From a virus (taxonomy: Duplodnaviria > Caudoviricetes), in the IMG/VR virus record IMGVR_UViG_3300046396_000002, positions 1 through 41,658 of that record: a stretch of 41,658 bases of DNA; one strand, written 5' to 3'. A program made the position numbers and the translations under genes. A model generated the notes under the pieces. The model worked only from the letters and a program-made list of their open reading frames with translations. It was not told where the DNA came from and searched no databases. Of the stretch, positions 8,542 to 17,595 are shown piece after piece (position 1 is the first letter of the stretch; each line of letters opens with the position of its first letter).

Positions 8542-8669
8542 ACGATACCGTTAGCTGGGCTTGGTTGCTCGGGAATGGATGGTTGTACCTCGGCAGCGTG
8601 CGTATCGGAATGGGATTTCTTGTTGGTGGTCGCTGGAGCCTAAACAATGTGTCAATGGGCCAAGCGTGA
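8538..8669 (+). CDS. Tiny hydrophobic peptide (43 aa)
   Basis: MNDTVSWAWLLGNGWLYLGSVRIGMGFLVGG...; ATGA overlap. Confidence 0.35.
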   Translation: MNDTVSWAWLLGNGWLYLGSVRIGMGFLVGGRWSLNNVSMGQA

Positions 8670-8679
8670 AAGGCAGTTT

Positions 8680-9030
8680 ATGAAACTCGTATCAATTTTA
8701 ATTTTCTCTCTATTTCTGAGTCTTTCCGCATTTGCAACGGAAGCCAAGACTCCCGATCCAGCCAAGCCTGCAACTACCGTTGAAACTCCTAAACTGACAG
8801 ACGCTCAGAAATTGGCTGTGCGTGCAGCTCAAGTGGACTTCTACGAAGCCAAAAACGCCAAAGATAAGGCCGATGCTGATTTCGCGAAAGCGCAAGAAGC
8901 TCTGACTAAAGCTGTGAATTCAGCGTTCTCTGAAGTGAAGCAAGAGGACGGATTCTTTCTGTACAAGGGGAAGAAGTTTGGTCTGAGTAAGGATTTAGAC
9001 TTCACTCCGATTGCTGAGGTGAAGAAGTAG
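8680..9030 (+). CDS. Secreted helical protein (Sec signal peptide)
   Basis: MKLVSILIFSLFLSLSAFA|TEAK followed by an Ala/Lys-rich coiled coil. Confidence 0.75.
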   Translation: MKLVSILIFSLFLSLSAFATEAKTPDPAKPATTVETPKLTDAQKLAVRAAQVDFYEAKNAKDKADADFAKAQEALTKAVNSAFSEVKQEDGFFLYKGKKFGLSKDLDFTPIAEVKK

Positions 9031-9350
9031 TGAGATTGCTGGCTCTTCTGCTATTCCTTGCTAGTATCGCTTGGACGCAAGAGGGTTCGGGAACAGGCAC
9101 TATTACTGGTGATGCGGGGACTACATGGTCTTCGCTTTCGCTTAAGATGCCACCTTGCACGCGCATTCCAGAACAGTATCAATCCTACATCCAAGGCAGC
9201 TTTTGCTTTTTTAGTAAATCTGGGTTGCCGATGAAAATGGTTATGCTCACTACAGGAACGTTCCTTGTCTATGACGATGCAGGCTACGTCTACTTGGCGT
9301 TTTCATTGATAGATACCAAAGCGAGAATCATCGACTACCCCAAGCTTTAA
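9030..9350 (+). CDS. Secreted hypothetical protein (Sec signal peptide)
   Basis: MRLLALLLFLASIAWT|QEG; two Cys. Confidence 0.65.
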   Translation: MRLLALLLFLASIAWTQEGSGTGTITGDAGTTWSSLSLKMPPCTRIPEQYQSYIQGSFCFFSKSGLPMKMVMLTTGTFLVYDDAGYVYLAFSLIDTKARIIDYPKL

Positions 9351-9359
9351 GCCTTTTCT

Positions 9360-11279
9360 ATGGGTTCCTTCAGCATAGCTCCTTCCAGCAAGCCTAGATT
9401 CTCAGCCCAGCAGTTTATGGACTGGCAATCCGCCCAGAAAGATGGGACACGCGCTATGGATGCGTTCACAAACGCTCTGGCGCGCACGGGCTTTGGAACT
9501 AGCAATTTACTCGAGGGCTCACAGTATCCACTTACCAGGCTAACCAGAAATTACATCCTCATGCAGTCGCTTTACCGGAGCAATTGGATTGCCCGTAAAG
9601 TGATCGATTGTATCGCAGAGGACATGCTAAAAAACTGGATTCAAGTTGTTTCCGAACTGAAGCCAGAACAGATAGACAAGTTTGACCGAGCCATTGATGC
9701 GACGGGAACTCAAGAAAAGCTTCTAACCGCCATTAAGTGGGCGCGGTTGTTTGGCGGAGCTGGGGCAATCATGATTATCGAAGGCGAAGATGATCTGAGT
9801 AAGCCATTACAGCTCGAAGAAGTTCCGCTGCATGGGTATAAGGGCCTTCTCGTATTTGATCGCTGGAGTGGAATTACACCCAGCGCAGAGGTCTGCAATG
9901 ACATCACACGGCCTGAGGAATTTGGACTGCCGGCCAGTTATCGCATAACAACCGAGACGGCATCATCCTACGACGTTCATGCCTCGCGCGTGCTGCGGTT
10001 TACAGGACGATCTCTACCTCAATGGGAATGGCAAGCTGAACAACGCTGGGGTATTTCTGAGTACGAAGTCATCTATGACGAACTGAAGAAGCGAGATAAC
10101 ACCAGCTGGAATATTGCCAGCCTGATCTTCCGCGCGAATATCTTAGCTCTAAAGCAGAAGGGGCTGTCCGAAGCATTAAGCGGTATCGGCAAGAGCCAGC
10201 AAGCCCTGCAGAACTTCTATACCACCCTCCAAGCTCAGACTCACTTGATGTCGAATCAGGGTCTTATGGTTCTGCCAGAAGAAGGCGGTCTCGAGACTCA
10301 TCAGTACGGATTCAACGGAATCAATGATGTTTATGTCTCGTTCATGCTGGATATTTGCGGGGCTTGTGAAATACCAATGAGTCGTTTATTTGGACGCTCG
10401 GTCACCGGACTGGGGCAGACTGGCGAAGGCGACGAGCATATTTATTACGACCTCATTGGCCAGAAACAGAAGCGAGAACTAAATCCGCAATTGAAGAAGC
10501 TATTCCCCGTGATTGCCATGAGCGAATTGGGGCATGTCCCTGATGACTTCGACTGGCAATTTAATACGGTTCGAAGTTTGAGTAATGAAGAGCAGGCAGA
10601 TCTCGCTTCCAAGAAGGGTACAGCGATTGTCGAAGGATTTAACGCCGGGATCTATGGTAGGAAGACAGCCCTGAAAGAATACAAAGCGATCTCAGAAGAG
10701 ACGAATATCACAGACGACATGATCTCCAAGGCCGACGACGATGTCATGAGCCCAATGGAGATGATGGGCGAAGAATCTATCGGAGGAGACAATCCTACGG
10801 GTAAAGGCGAGATCCCAAAGACTCCAAATAGCAAGCCGAAGAAGGCCAAGGATTCGGTGCTGGAATATCATTTCGCAGGACTGGACATCGTTATTGAGAA
10901 TCCAGCAGGCTCAATTCGCCGCGGCGTGAATGCCAGAGGCCAAGAGTGGATGGTCACTATGACTTATCCATATGGCTACATTCTTCGTTCCGAAGGCGTC
11001 GATGGAGACGCAGTGGATTGTTTTGTCGGGCCCTTTGAAGCTGCGAGTCACGCTTATGTCATTCATACTCAAGATCCGCTGACGGGTGCCTACGATGAAG
11101 ACAAAGTAATGCTCGGCTTTCCATCGGCTGGAACTGCAATAGAGGCGTTTCTGCAGAACTACAGCAGTCCCGACTTCTTCCGTTCGCTGGATGCCGTTCC
11201 AATGCGAGACTTTGCGGCTAAGGTTTTAGGTAATAGGGGCACCAAGCTCACGGTTGATTCTGAGATGGCGATGGCGTGA
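9360..11279 (+). CDS. Portal protein (DUF1073/HI1409 family) fused to a C-terminal inorganic-pyrophosphatase-like (InPase) domain
   Basis: LYRSNWIARKVID..AEDM, WARLFGGA, IPMSRLFG.S..GL..TGEGD...YYD; C-terminal GLDIVIENPAGSIRRG...YGYI...GVDGDAVDCFVGP...YDEDKVMLGF. Confidence 0.9.
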   Translation: MGSFSIAPSSKPRFSAQQFMDWQSAQKDGTRAMDAFTNALARTGFGTSNLLEGSQYPLTRLTRNYILMQSLYRSNWIARKVIDCIAEDMLKNWIQVVSELKPEQIDKFDRAIDATGTQEKLLTAIKWARLFGGAGAIMIIEGEDDLSKPLQLEEVPLHGYKGLLVFDRWSGITPSAEVCNDITRPEEFGLPASYRITTETASSYDVHASRVLRFTGRSLPQWEWQAEQRWGISEYEVIYDELKKRDNTSWNIASLIFRANILALKQKGLSEALSGIGKSQQALQNFYTTLQAQTHLMSNQGLMVLPEEGGLETHQYGFNGINDVYVSFMLDICGACEIPMSRLFGRSVTGLGQTGEGDEHIYYDLIGQKQKRELNPQLKKLFPVIAMSELGHVPDDFDWQFNTVRSLSNEEQADLASKKGTAIVEGFNAGIYGRKTALKEYKAISEETNITDDMISKADDDVMSPMEMMGEESIGGDNPTGKGEIPKTPNSKPKKAKDSVLEYHFAGLDIVIENPAGSIRRGVNARGQEWMVTMTYPYGYILRSEGVDGDAVDCFVGPFEAASHAYVIHTQDPLTGAYDEDKVMLGFPSAGTAIEAFLQNYSSPDFFRSLDAVPMRDFAAKVLGNRGTKLTVDSEMAMA

Positions 11280-11286
11280 TTTTGTC

Positions 11287-12120
11287 GTGAGCACTCATTC
11301 CTGGCAGCCTACGAATCGTAGCGTCATCTCTTACTCGCGTGAACTCTATCGACTATTAGAACGTGCCTTTCGAGTAGCCGATTTAAGCAATGTTGCTAAT
11401 GGTCACATGTTCTTTGACGCAGGGGAATGGATAGAGCAAGCAGCATTGTTGATTTCACGGCGTATGGTTGGATCGGCCTACATCTCGAATGCACGGAACT
11501 GGAAGCAAGCCAGTAAAGTCATGGGCGGTCAGCGCATCTATAAAGCTCTACAGGCTGAGCTCACCGGCAAGGTAGGCCACCGCTTCAATGAACTGGTAAT
11601 GAGCAATGCGGAACTCATTAAGTCGCTACCCCTGGATGTCGCTAAGCAAGTTATTTCGACTATCTCACGCGCATCCGTCGCTGGGGAAAGAATCTCAGAT
11701 ACAACGATTCGTGCCGAACTGAATTACGTATCCCGCTGGAAGGCTCAGCTGATTGCCCGCACAGAAACGAGTAAAGCCAGCTCCGCTCTCACCCGGGCGC
11801 GAGCGGAAGACTTAGACCTAAATTGGTATGTATGGAGAACAAGCTCTGACCAGCGAGTGAGGCTTAGTCATCAAAGAATGGCTGATGTCTTAATCGGCTG
11901 GACTGCACCGCCTTCTCCTGAACAACTTGCTGGAGACAAATCAAATTTAGGTCACTACAACGCTGGAGACGCGCCAAACTGCCGATGCTATGCGGAGCCC
12001 CTATTGCGATTTGACCAAGTGTCATGGCCGCATCGGGTGTACTTCGGGAATCGTATTTATTCCATGACGCTCGCACAATTTCAACGAATTGGTAACACAC
12101 ATCAGCCGCTTGCGGCATAA
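11287..12120 (+). CDS. Head morphogenesis protein (MuF / SPP1 gp7 family)
   Basis: AQLIARTETSK, YVWRTSSDQRVRLSH, GDAPNCRCYAEP; start uncertain (track gives 11254). Confidence 0.92.
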   Translation: MSTHSWQPTNRSVISYSRELYRLLERAFRVADLSNVANGHMFFDAGEWIEQAALLISRRMVGSAYISNARNWKQASKVMGGQRIYKALQAELTGKVGHRFNELVMSNAELIKSLPLDVAKQVISTISRASVAGERISDTTIRAELNYVSRWKAQLIARTETSKASSALTRARAEDLDLNWYVWRTSSDQRVRLSHQRMADVLIGWTAPPSPEQLAGDKSNLGHYNAGDAPNCRCYAEPLLRFDQVSWPHRVYFGNRIYSMTLAQFQRIGNTHQPLAA

Positions 12121-12133
12121 GGAGAATTCACAG

Positions 12134-12595
12134 ATGAAGAAATTTGCATTCAGTTTGCTGTTCGCTCTTTTTGCCACAATCAGCTTTGCTCAAGTCGGTC
12201 CCACCGGAAGCACAGTCATCTACCCAACTGGTAGCGATCCTTGCGAGAACCCGAGCATTGCCAAAAGCTTCGGAGTGCTCAACATCAGCACCGCAACGAC
12301 TACAGAGCTAGTCCCCGCTGTTACGGGAAAGACAGTCTATCTCTGCGCATTCAAAAGCACCGTAGCTGGTACAGCCCCAAGTGTCCTATTCAAGACCGGA
12401 ACAAAAGTAAGCACAGCTTGCGACACGGGAGCGACAAGCCAGAGCGGGACCTATCTACCGCCAACGGGAACATTCTTTGGATTGTCAGGGGACGGTCCCG
12501 CACTGCTCACAGGAGCTCTTAGTGGAGAACTCTGTCTAACAAGTGGTGGCACTACTCCGTCGATCCAGGGGAACTTCGTATACGTACAACAGTGA
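12134..12595 (+). CDS. Signal-peptide-bearing beta-rich protein in the head module (candidate exported decoration protein)
   Basis: AAGGAG RBS; MKKFAFSLLFALFATISFA|QVG; 4 Cys; rich in Thr/Gly/Ser. Confidence 0.75.
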   Translation: MKKFAFSLLFALFATISFAQVGPTGSTVIYPTGSDPCENPSIAKSFGVLNISTATTTELVPAVTGKTVYLCAFKSTVAGTAPSVLFKTGTKVSTACDTGATSQSGTYLPPTGTFFGLSGDGPALLTGALSGELCLTSGGTTPSIQGNFVYVQQ

Positions 12596-12774
12596 CCCCT
12601 ATGAAACAACTCAACGGAACGGACGTAATTGCATTCTCAACTGAAATTGGGGATGCCGTGCTCAATTGGGCCAGCGGCAACCATGAAGTGCTACCTGGCG
12701 GCAAAGGCGATGTGCCCGAGTCGTCCTCTGCCGCTAAGGCAAGCGCCGTAGAAACAGAGCATGCGAATTCTTAG
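12592..12774 (+). CDS. Small hypothetical protein
   Basis: GTGA overlap; 60 aa. Confidence 0.45.
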   Translation: MTPMKQLNGTDVIAFSTEIGDAVLNWASGNHEVLPGGKGDVPESSSAAKASAVETEHANS

Positions 12775-12928
12775 GCCTGAATTTAACGTTCCCGGTTCTG
12801 TCGTCGCGGTAGCTGGAACGTGGTATCGCATCGCGCCGAGCGGTTCATTTGTTCGCGCTACGGCTCGAGAAGTGCAGAGCGAAATTACCAAACGTGAACT
12901 GTCCTCTGAAGTAAGAACCAAAGTCTAG
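12761..12928 (+). CDS. Small hypothetical protein (55 aa)
   Basis: Hand translation MRILRPEFNVPGSVVAVAGTWYRIAPSGSFVRATARE...; fills the gap. Confidence 0.45.
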   Translation: MRILRPEFNVPGSVVAVAGTWYRIAPSGSFVRATAREVQSEITKRELSSEVRTKV

Positions 12929-12946
12929 CCTTCCCCCTAAAAACAA

Positions 12947-14302
12947 TTGGCACAAGCATTCCATGCTGATCGCATCAGCACGCATCGGGCTAAGACAGCC
13001 GAAGGATATTTGGTCGCGCTCGGAATCCCTGTTGCACGCACCGGATATCAGATTTACAAAGCGTCAGAATTGCAGTTGCAAGATGTTCCGCCGAATACAC
13101 CAATCAGTGTTTACCGGGATGCAAAGGAAGTATTCGATCCTGCGACCATCGCGAGTTTCGAAGGCAAGACAATTACGAGCCCTCACCCTCCGCAATTTCT
13201 GACACCTGACAATGACCGAACTTACAACCTAGGCCATGCGCAAAACGTGCGGAAGGGCGATGTCCTGCCCAACGGCGAACAGGCTTTAGTTGCTGACCTC
13301 GTTATCAAGGATTCCCGGCTAATCGGCTATATCGAAACCGGAGCCATGGACGAGATCAGCTGTGGCTATAACTACTCGCTGGCACCGATCAAAGATGAGA
13401 AATCAGGTGAAGTTAAATATGCGATGCGCGAGATTCGCGGAAATCACATTGCCATTGTCCCTAGTGGACGAGCCGGCAGTTCAGTAAGAGTTTTGGACGC
13501 AAATCCAGAAGGAGGAAGCGAAATGGAAGGGGAAAAGGTAGGTGCTTTAAAAGAATTCACTGAATTCTTCAAGTCTTTGGGTTTGCGTCTGACAGCGTCG
13601 GACTCCAAATCTGAAACCGTTGAAGCGCAAGAGGAACAAGCACGCAAGTCAAAGGAGCTCCGCATGCGGCAAATGGACGCCGAAGAAGAAGAGAAGAAAA
13701 AGGAAGAAAAAGAGGCTGCTGAAGCCAAGAAGGCGAAGGACGCAGAAGAGGAAAAAGAAAAGAAAGATACGAAAGACGCCATGGACGCCCTCACGAAGCA
13801 GGTCTCCAAGCTTACGGACGCCTTGGAGAAATCCTTGGAGAAGAAGTCCGAAGACGCGAAATGCACCTGTGACGCCGAAAAAGGCGAGGAGCATGCAAAA
13901 GATTGCGCTGCCTACAAATCGGAATCAGAAGATGCCGACTTGATTCCGGTGGCCACGCTGCCTAAGAACGACGTTCCAGAGAATCCAATCCCTGGTGCAG
14001 ATGCAGCGCTGGCGAAACTATTAGCGATCAAGCCACGAATCGCTGCATTGAATGATGCTGCTGCGGCTCGGGATTTCAACGCAGCCGTGCTCGCACTGAA
14101 AGGCAAGACTGGAAAAACCAGTGATGCCTACTCCGCGGCAGAGCGCGCACGTAGTTCAGAGAGCGAAGCTGCACGTCGGCAACGTGAATCTGGTGCGCGG
14201 GTGCAGGATTCCGCAGCCAAGATTTCCGAAGATTACGAAAAGACGATGGAGCGCTATCGCGGCAAGAATGCGGCTGACGTTAAGCCTGAAGTTGTCCAGT
14301 AA
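12947..14302 (+). CDS. Prohead protease/scaffold (DUF2213 family)
   Basis: TAEGYL...VARTGYQIY, SFEGKTITSPHP, EISCGY, IRGNHIAIVPSGRAGSSVRVLD; charged scaffold-like C-terminus. Confidence 0.92.
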   Translation: MAQAFHADRISTHRAKTAEGYLVALGIPVARTGYQIYKASELQLQDVPPNTPISVYRDAKEVFDPATIASFEGKTITSPHPPQFLTPDNDRTYNLGHAQNVRKGDVLPNGEQALVADLVIKDSRLIGYIETGAMDEISCGYNYSLAPIKDEKSGEVKYAMREIRGNHIAIVPSGRAGSSVRVLDANPEGGSEMEGEKVGALKEFTEFFKSLGLRLTASDSKSETVEAQEEQARKSKELRMRQMDAEEEEKKKEEKEAAEAKKAKDAEEEKEKKDTKDAMDALTKQVSKLTDALEKSLEKKSEDAKCTCDAEKGEEHAKDCAAYKSESEDADLIPVATLPKNDVPENPIPGADAALAKLLAIKPRIAALNDAAAARDFNAAVLALKGKTGKTSDAYSAAERARSSESEAARRQRESGARVQDSAAKISEDYEKTMERYRGKNAADVKPEVVQ

Positions 14303-14338
14303 TAACCCCGCAACTCGGGAGAGGAGAAAACAAAAGCT

Positions 14339-14935
14339 ATGCCAGGAACAGTAGTTGGAATCAGCATGAATGCCGGGTATGCGGGTCAGTTTTCGCGAGA
14401 GGGCGATTGTGTCATTGAAGCCAAACTCGTGAAAGCGTCAGATACCGCCAACATCAACTTTGGTGACGTTGTAGTGCTGAATGGAGACAGCACAGGCGGA
14501 ACCTTTAGCCAAGGAGCAGGATTCATTACCGGGGGCGGAACGTTCGCCATGGTGAATGCCACCACTCTCGCTGCAGTCTTCGCTGGCTTTGCGGCACGCC
14601 AGGTTAAGAGTGCTGAGACCTTCCCAATCCTCAATGGAGCGACAAGCTCCGTCCTGGGATATTTTGCACCGGGAAGCGAAGCGGATGTGCTTGTTCGCGG
14701 ATCCATCATGGCGAACAACTTCTATGCCAAGTCCGGTAATCCTGCACCGGTCGCAGGTGGAGCAGTTTGGTATCGCACAAGCACGAATGGCGCTGGAACC
14801 TTTGTTGGAGCTCTTGAAACTGCCAATGATGCGGGCCATACCGTGCAATTGACCAATGTCTACTTCACCACCGGTGTGGTGGACAGCGTCAACGGCACGA
14901 TTGAAGTCACAGTTACTACCAGGAACATCCCGTAA
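14339..14935 (+). CDS. Head decoration/cement protein
   Basis: Lies between protease and capsid genes; G(Y)AG..SR, INFGDVV, DVLVRGSI, GGAVWYR pattern. Confidence 0.75.
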   Translation: MPGTVVGISMNAGYAGQFSREGDCVIEAKLVKASDTANINFGDVVVLNGDSTGGTFSQGAGFITGGGTFAMVNATTLAAVFAGFAARQVKSAETFPILNGATSSVLGYFAPGSEADVLVRGSIMANNFYAKSGNPAPVAGGAVWYRTSTNGAGTFVGALETANDAGHTVQLTNVYFTTGVVDSVNGTIEVTVTTRNIP

Positions 14936-14961
14936 TTCGGGGAAAGGAGAAATAAAAAGCA

Positions 14962-16074
14962 ATGAATCCAATGTTGACAGGCTTTGAGAAATATCTCCCC
15001 CCCGGAGTTCTCGGGTTTGGAGGTGATGCGGAGGTGCAGGCTGCTCTACTCAGCCAGCGCCGCCAAATGAGTGATTCAGCCATTAGCCCTCGCGACACTT
15101 TCCGCGCTGGACTGCAAGGCTTAGACGCTGCGACTGGTGGCGGCCAAGTGTTCCTTGAGTCGGAACTGGAAAAGCGCGATCCGAAGGTGCGTGAGCCTCT
15201 GGCTTCCGTCACCTACATGCGCGATATTCCAATCAAGAGTGGCGGCGGCTGGGTGGATTTCACCAGCAACCTGTTCGCTGACTATGCCATTTCAGGACCG
15301 AATGGCTTAGGCATTCAAGCGAACAACACAACCACCATTCCGATTGTGCAGACGAACGTCCTCAAAGACGTTTACCGCACATTCGCATGGGGCAACATTC
15401 TGCGCGTGCCGTTTATCGACATGCAGAAGTTGCAGGGTGCCGGTCGCAGCTTGGATGACATGCTCGACAAAGGCATCAAGTTGAACTGGAACAAAACTCT
15501 TGACCAGTTTACCTACCTCGGGCCGTTCAGCAATACGAGCTATCCCGGCCTGCTGAATAACCCGAACATCACTGCAGGATCGGTTGCAGCTGGTGCTGCA
15601 GGTGGAACCAAATGGACCACCAAGACTCCAGCGGAAATACTGAATGACGTGAATCAGGCGATGGTTCTTACCACGGCGGCCAGTCAGTACGATGTCACCG
15701 GCATGGCGAACCATATCTGCATTCCATGGTCGCAGTATGCCTACATCGCTGCCACGCCAGTGACAGCAGCGGGCTCGGTCTCCATCCTGACCTACCTGCT
15801 CGAGAACAACATCGGCAAAACGCAAGGCGTTGATTTGAAGATCTTCCCCTTGCGGTGGTGCTTGGGTGCAGGTTCGGGCAGTGCTGACCGAATGCTCGCG
15901 TATGTCAACAATGACGACCGCGTGCAATTAGATGTTACTGTGCCCATTCAGCGCATTATGACAGTGCCGAATATCAGCACTGGCGGCGGAGCTTACGACA
16001 CGCTGTATCAAGGCCAGATTGGCGTCGTGAAGTTTCTTTACCTGCAGTGTGCGCTCTACCAAGACGGAATCTAA
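14962..16074 (+). CDS. Major capsid protein (DUF2184, HK97 fold)
   Basis: FLESELEKRDPKVREPL..VTYMRDIPI, GLLNNPNI, WTTKTPAEILNDVN, GAGSGSADRM.AY, terminal YQDGI. Confidence 0.93.
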   Translation: MNPMLTGFEKYLPPGVLGFGGDAEVQAALLSQRRQMSDSAISPRDTFRAGLQGLDAATGGGQVFLESELEKRDPKVREPLASVTYMRDIPIKSGGGWVDFTSNLFADYAISGPNGLGIQANNTTTIPIVQTNVLKDVYRTFAWGNILRVPFIDMQKLQGAGRSLDDMLDKGIKLNWNKTLDQFTYLGPFSNTSYPGLLNNPNITAGSVAAGAAGGTKWTTKTPAEILNDVNQAMVLTTAASQYDVTGMANHICIPWSQYAYIAATPVTAAGSVSILTYLLENNIGKTQGVDLKIFPLRWCLGAGSGSADRMLAYVNNDDRVQLDVTVPIQRIMTVPNISTGGGAYDTLYQGQIGVVKFLYLQCALYQDGI

Positions 16075-16086
16075 GCGGGACTTTAA

Positions 16087-16136
16087 GACGGGGCTACGAA
16101 CTCCGAAGTTTGGAGGTCTGTACTCGTAGCCTCGTC
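16087..16136 (+). terminator. Strong hairpin after the capsid gene (attenuator or mRNA-stabilising stem; no clear U tract)
   Basis: GACGGGGCTACGA pairs with TCGTAGCCTCGTC (one G-U pair) and encloses the inner stem CTCCGAA/TTTGGAG. Confidence 0.6.
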
Positions 16137-16166
16137 GTATATTCCTGATTCCAAGAGAGAGAAAAC

Positions 16167-16640
16167 ATGATTTCAATCATTTCAAAAAGTGCTTACGGAT
16201 TCCAGAACCCAAACAAGAGTATGGATCTACTCGTTCATGGCTTGGGAAACTCCAATGCCCCGAAGCTGGAAGATGCTTATTACACGACCAAGGCGTCTCC
16301 GAATGAGATCCAGCAAGCCCCCGAATGGATCAAAGGCGATGCTCAAAGCGAGAATCCAATCATGCGCGGGAATGCTCAGCATTGGGCGAATGCCCGCAAA
16401 GATTGGGACAAAGGCCAAGGCTTTGGGATTCTTGAAGTTCAACCAGTCGTTGCATTGAACGTCCCAGCCGTTGCCGCTACTCCAGTCGCGCAGAACGGTC
16501 AAGAAGTGGATTTGAGATCGATGTCAAAGGCAGAGCTAATCGCTCATGCTGGCGAAGTGCATGGCCTTGATCTCGACCCATCCGCGAAAAAAGACGAATT
16601 GATTGCTGCCATCGAAGATAAGAAATCCGCTGCAGCCTAG
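16167..16640 (+). CDS. Post-capsid protein with C-terminal Rho-N/HeH-like helical domain
   Basis: DLRSMSKAELIAHA...LDLDPSAKKDELIAAIE. Confidence 0.7.
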   Translation: MISIISKSAYGFQNPNKSMDLLVHGLGNSNAPKLEDAYYTTKASPNEIQQAPEWIKGDAQSENPIMRGNAQHWANARKDWDKGQGFGILEVQPVVALNVPAVAATPVAQNGQEVDLRSMSKAELIAHAGEVHGLDLDPSAKKDELIAAIEDKKSAAA

Positions 16641-16643
16641 CCT

Positions 16644-17423
16644 GTGAGTTCTCAACCTGACATCTGTGCTCTGCTGAACGCTTGGTGGGGCGGTGGGCTA
16701 GAAGGCGGAGGCTGGCTACAAGCTTCCGCATCAGCAGCCGCCAACATCATCTTTGGCAGTAATCCTGTCTACCAGATCTCGGACTTCCTAGCTATCTATC
16801 CGAAGTTTGGTACAGAAGTGCAAGCGTTGGTAACGGTTCTACCGGGAACTGCGGCGGGCTCTGGATATATCGTCAATGATGTTCTCGCAGTAGTTCAACC
16901 GGACGCCAGTGGAGGAACCGTCAAAGTTATTGCTGTCGATGGCTCGGGAGGAATCGTTTCGATCTCGATTCTCACGGGTGGAACAGGTTATAGCGTAGCG
17001 AATGGCTTAACGACTACGGGAGGCACGGGAAGCGGTGCGACGGTAAACGTGACGGCCATTAGCTCCTATACCAGCCTGATTCCGCAACCGGTTCTTCAGC
17101 TCTACATCAATCTTGCGAGTGCATCTCTATCTCAAGCGCGATGGCTCGACAATTGGCCGATGGGGATGGCGCTATTCATTGCTCACTATGCCACGCTCTA
17201 TCTTCGGTCGGAGGGCAGCGTAGGAACGACAGCACAGCAGATTGCCTCGAGTGGATTAGCAATCGGCCTTAAAGTGAGTCAAGCCGCTGGCGACGTTTCG
17301 CAGACCCAGGAGTATATGACTACTGGGTGGGAATCTTGGGGATCGTGGAATCTCACAACCTATGGTCAGCAATTAATTACCATTGCGAACATCGTGGGCA
17401 TCGGGACGATGTACGTCTATTAA
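16644..17423 (+). CDS. Head-tail adaptor (DUF4054) with an inserted beta domain
   Basis: ISDFLAIYPKF...W..GMALFIAHYATL...WNLTTYGQQL; insert GSGYIVNDVL...TGGTGY. Confidence 0.85.
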   Translation: MSSQPDICALLNAWWGGGLEGGGWLQASASAAANIIFGSNPVYQISDFLAIYPKFGTEVQALVTVLPGTAAGSGYIVNDVLAVVQPDASGGTVKVIAVDGSGGIVSISILTGGTGYSVANGLTTTGGTGSGATVNVTAISSYTSLIPQPVLQLYINLASASLSQARWLDNWPMGMALFIAHYATLYLRSEGSVGTTAQQIASSGLAIGLKVSQAAGDVSQTQEYMTTGWESWGSWNLTTYGQQLITIANIVGIGTMYVY

Positions 17424-17595
17424 TGTGGCCTCTGCTCAATCAGATTGCTACTGGCTTCTCAGACAATGGAGAAGTCGAGCACAGAATGAACGTAAGCACT
17501 GGAAAGTTCTCTTCCTTGAATTGAAAATCGCCAAGATTACCTCTTCCATAAGCCACAGTTAACCCACCGTAGTAGGAACACCGTGTAAAGGATTA

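Noticed and set aside
8449-9350. Holin/spanin lysis cassette call for the small membrane and secreted ORFs after terL
   Set aside because: No endolysin adjacent and no lipobox Cys for an o-spanin; insufficient support
13670-13790. GAA/AAA-rich low-complexity tract
   Set aside because: Explained by the Glu/Lys-rich scaffold coding sequence
14962-16074. Encapsulin nanocompartment interpretation of the DUF2184 gene
   Set aside because: It is flanked by terminase, portal, protease and tail genes, so it is a phage capsid
17423-17595. 33-aa ORF, and the resemblance of AGCCACAGTTAACC (17551) to AGCCACAGCTTAACC (6318)
   Set aside because: Too short to separate from chance without a statistical test; no function can be supported
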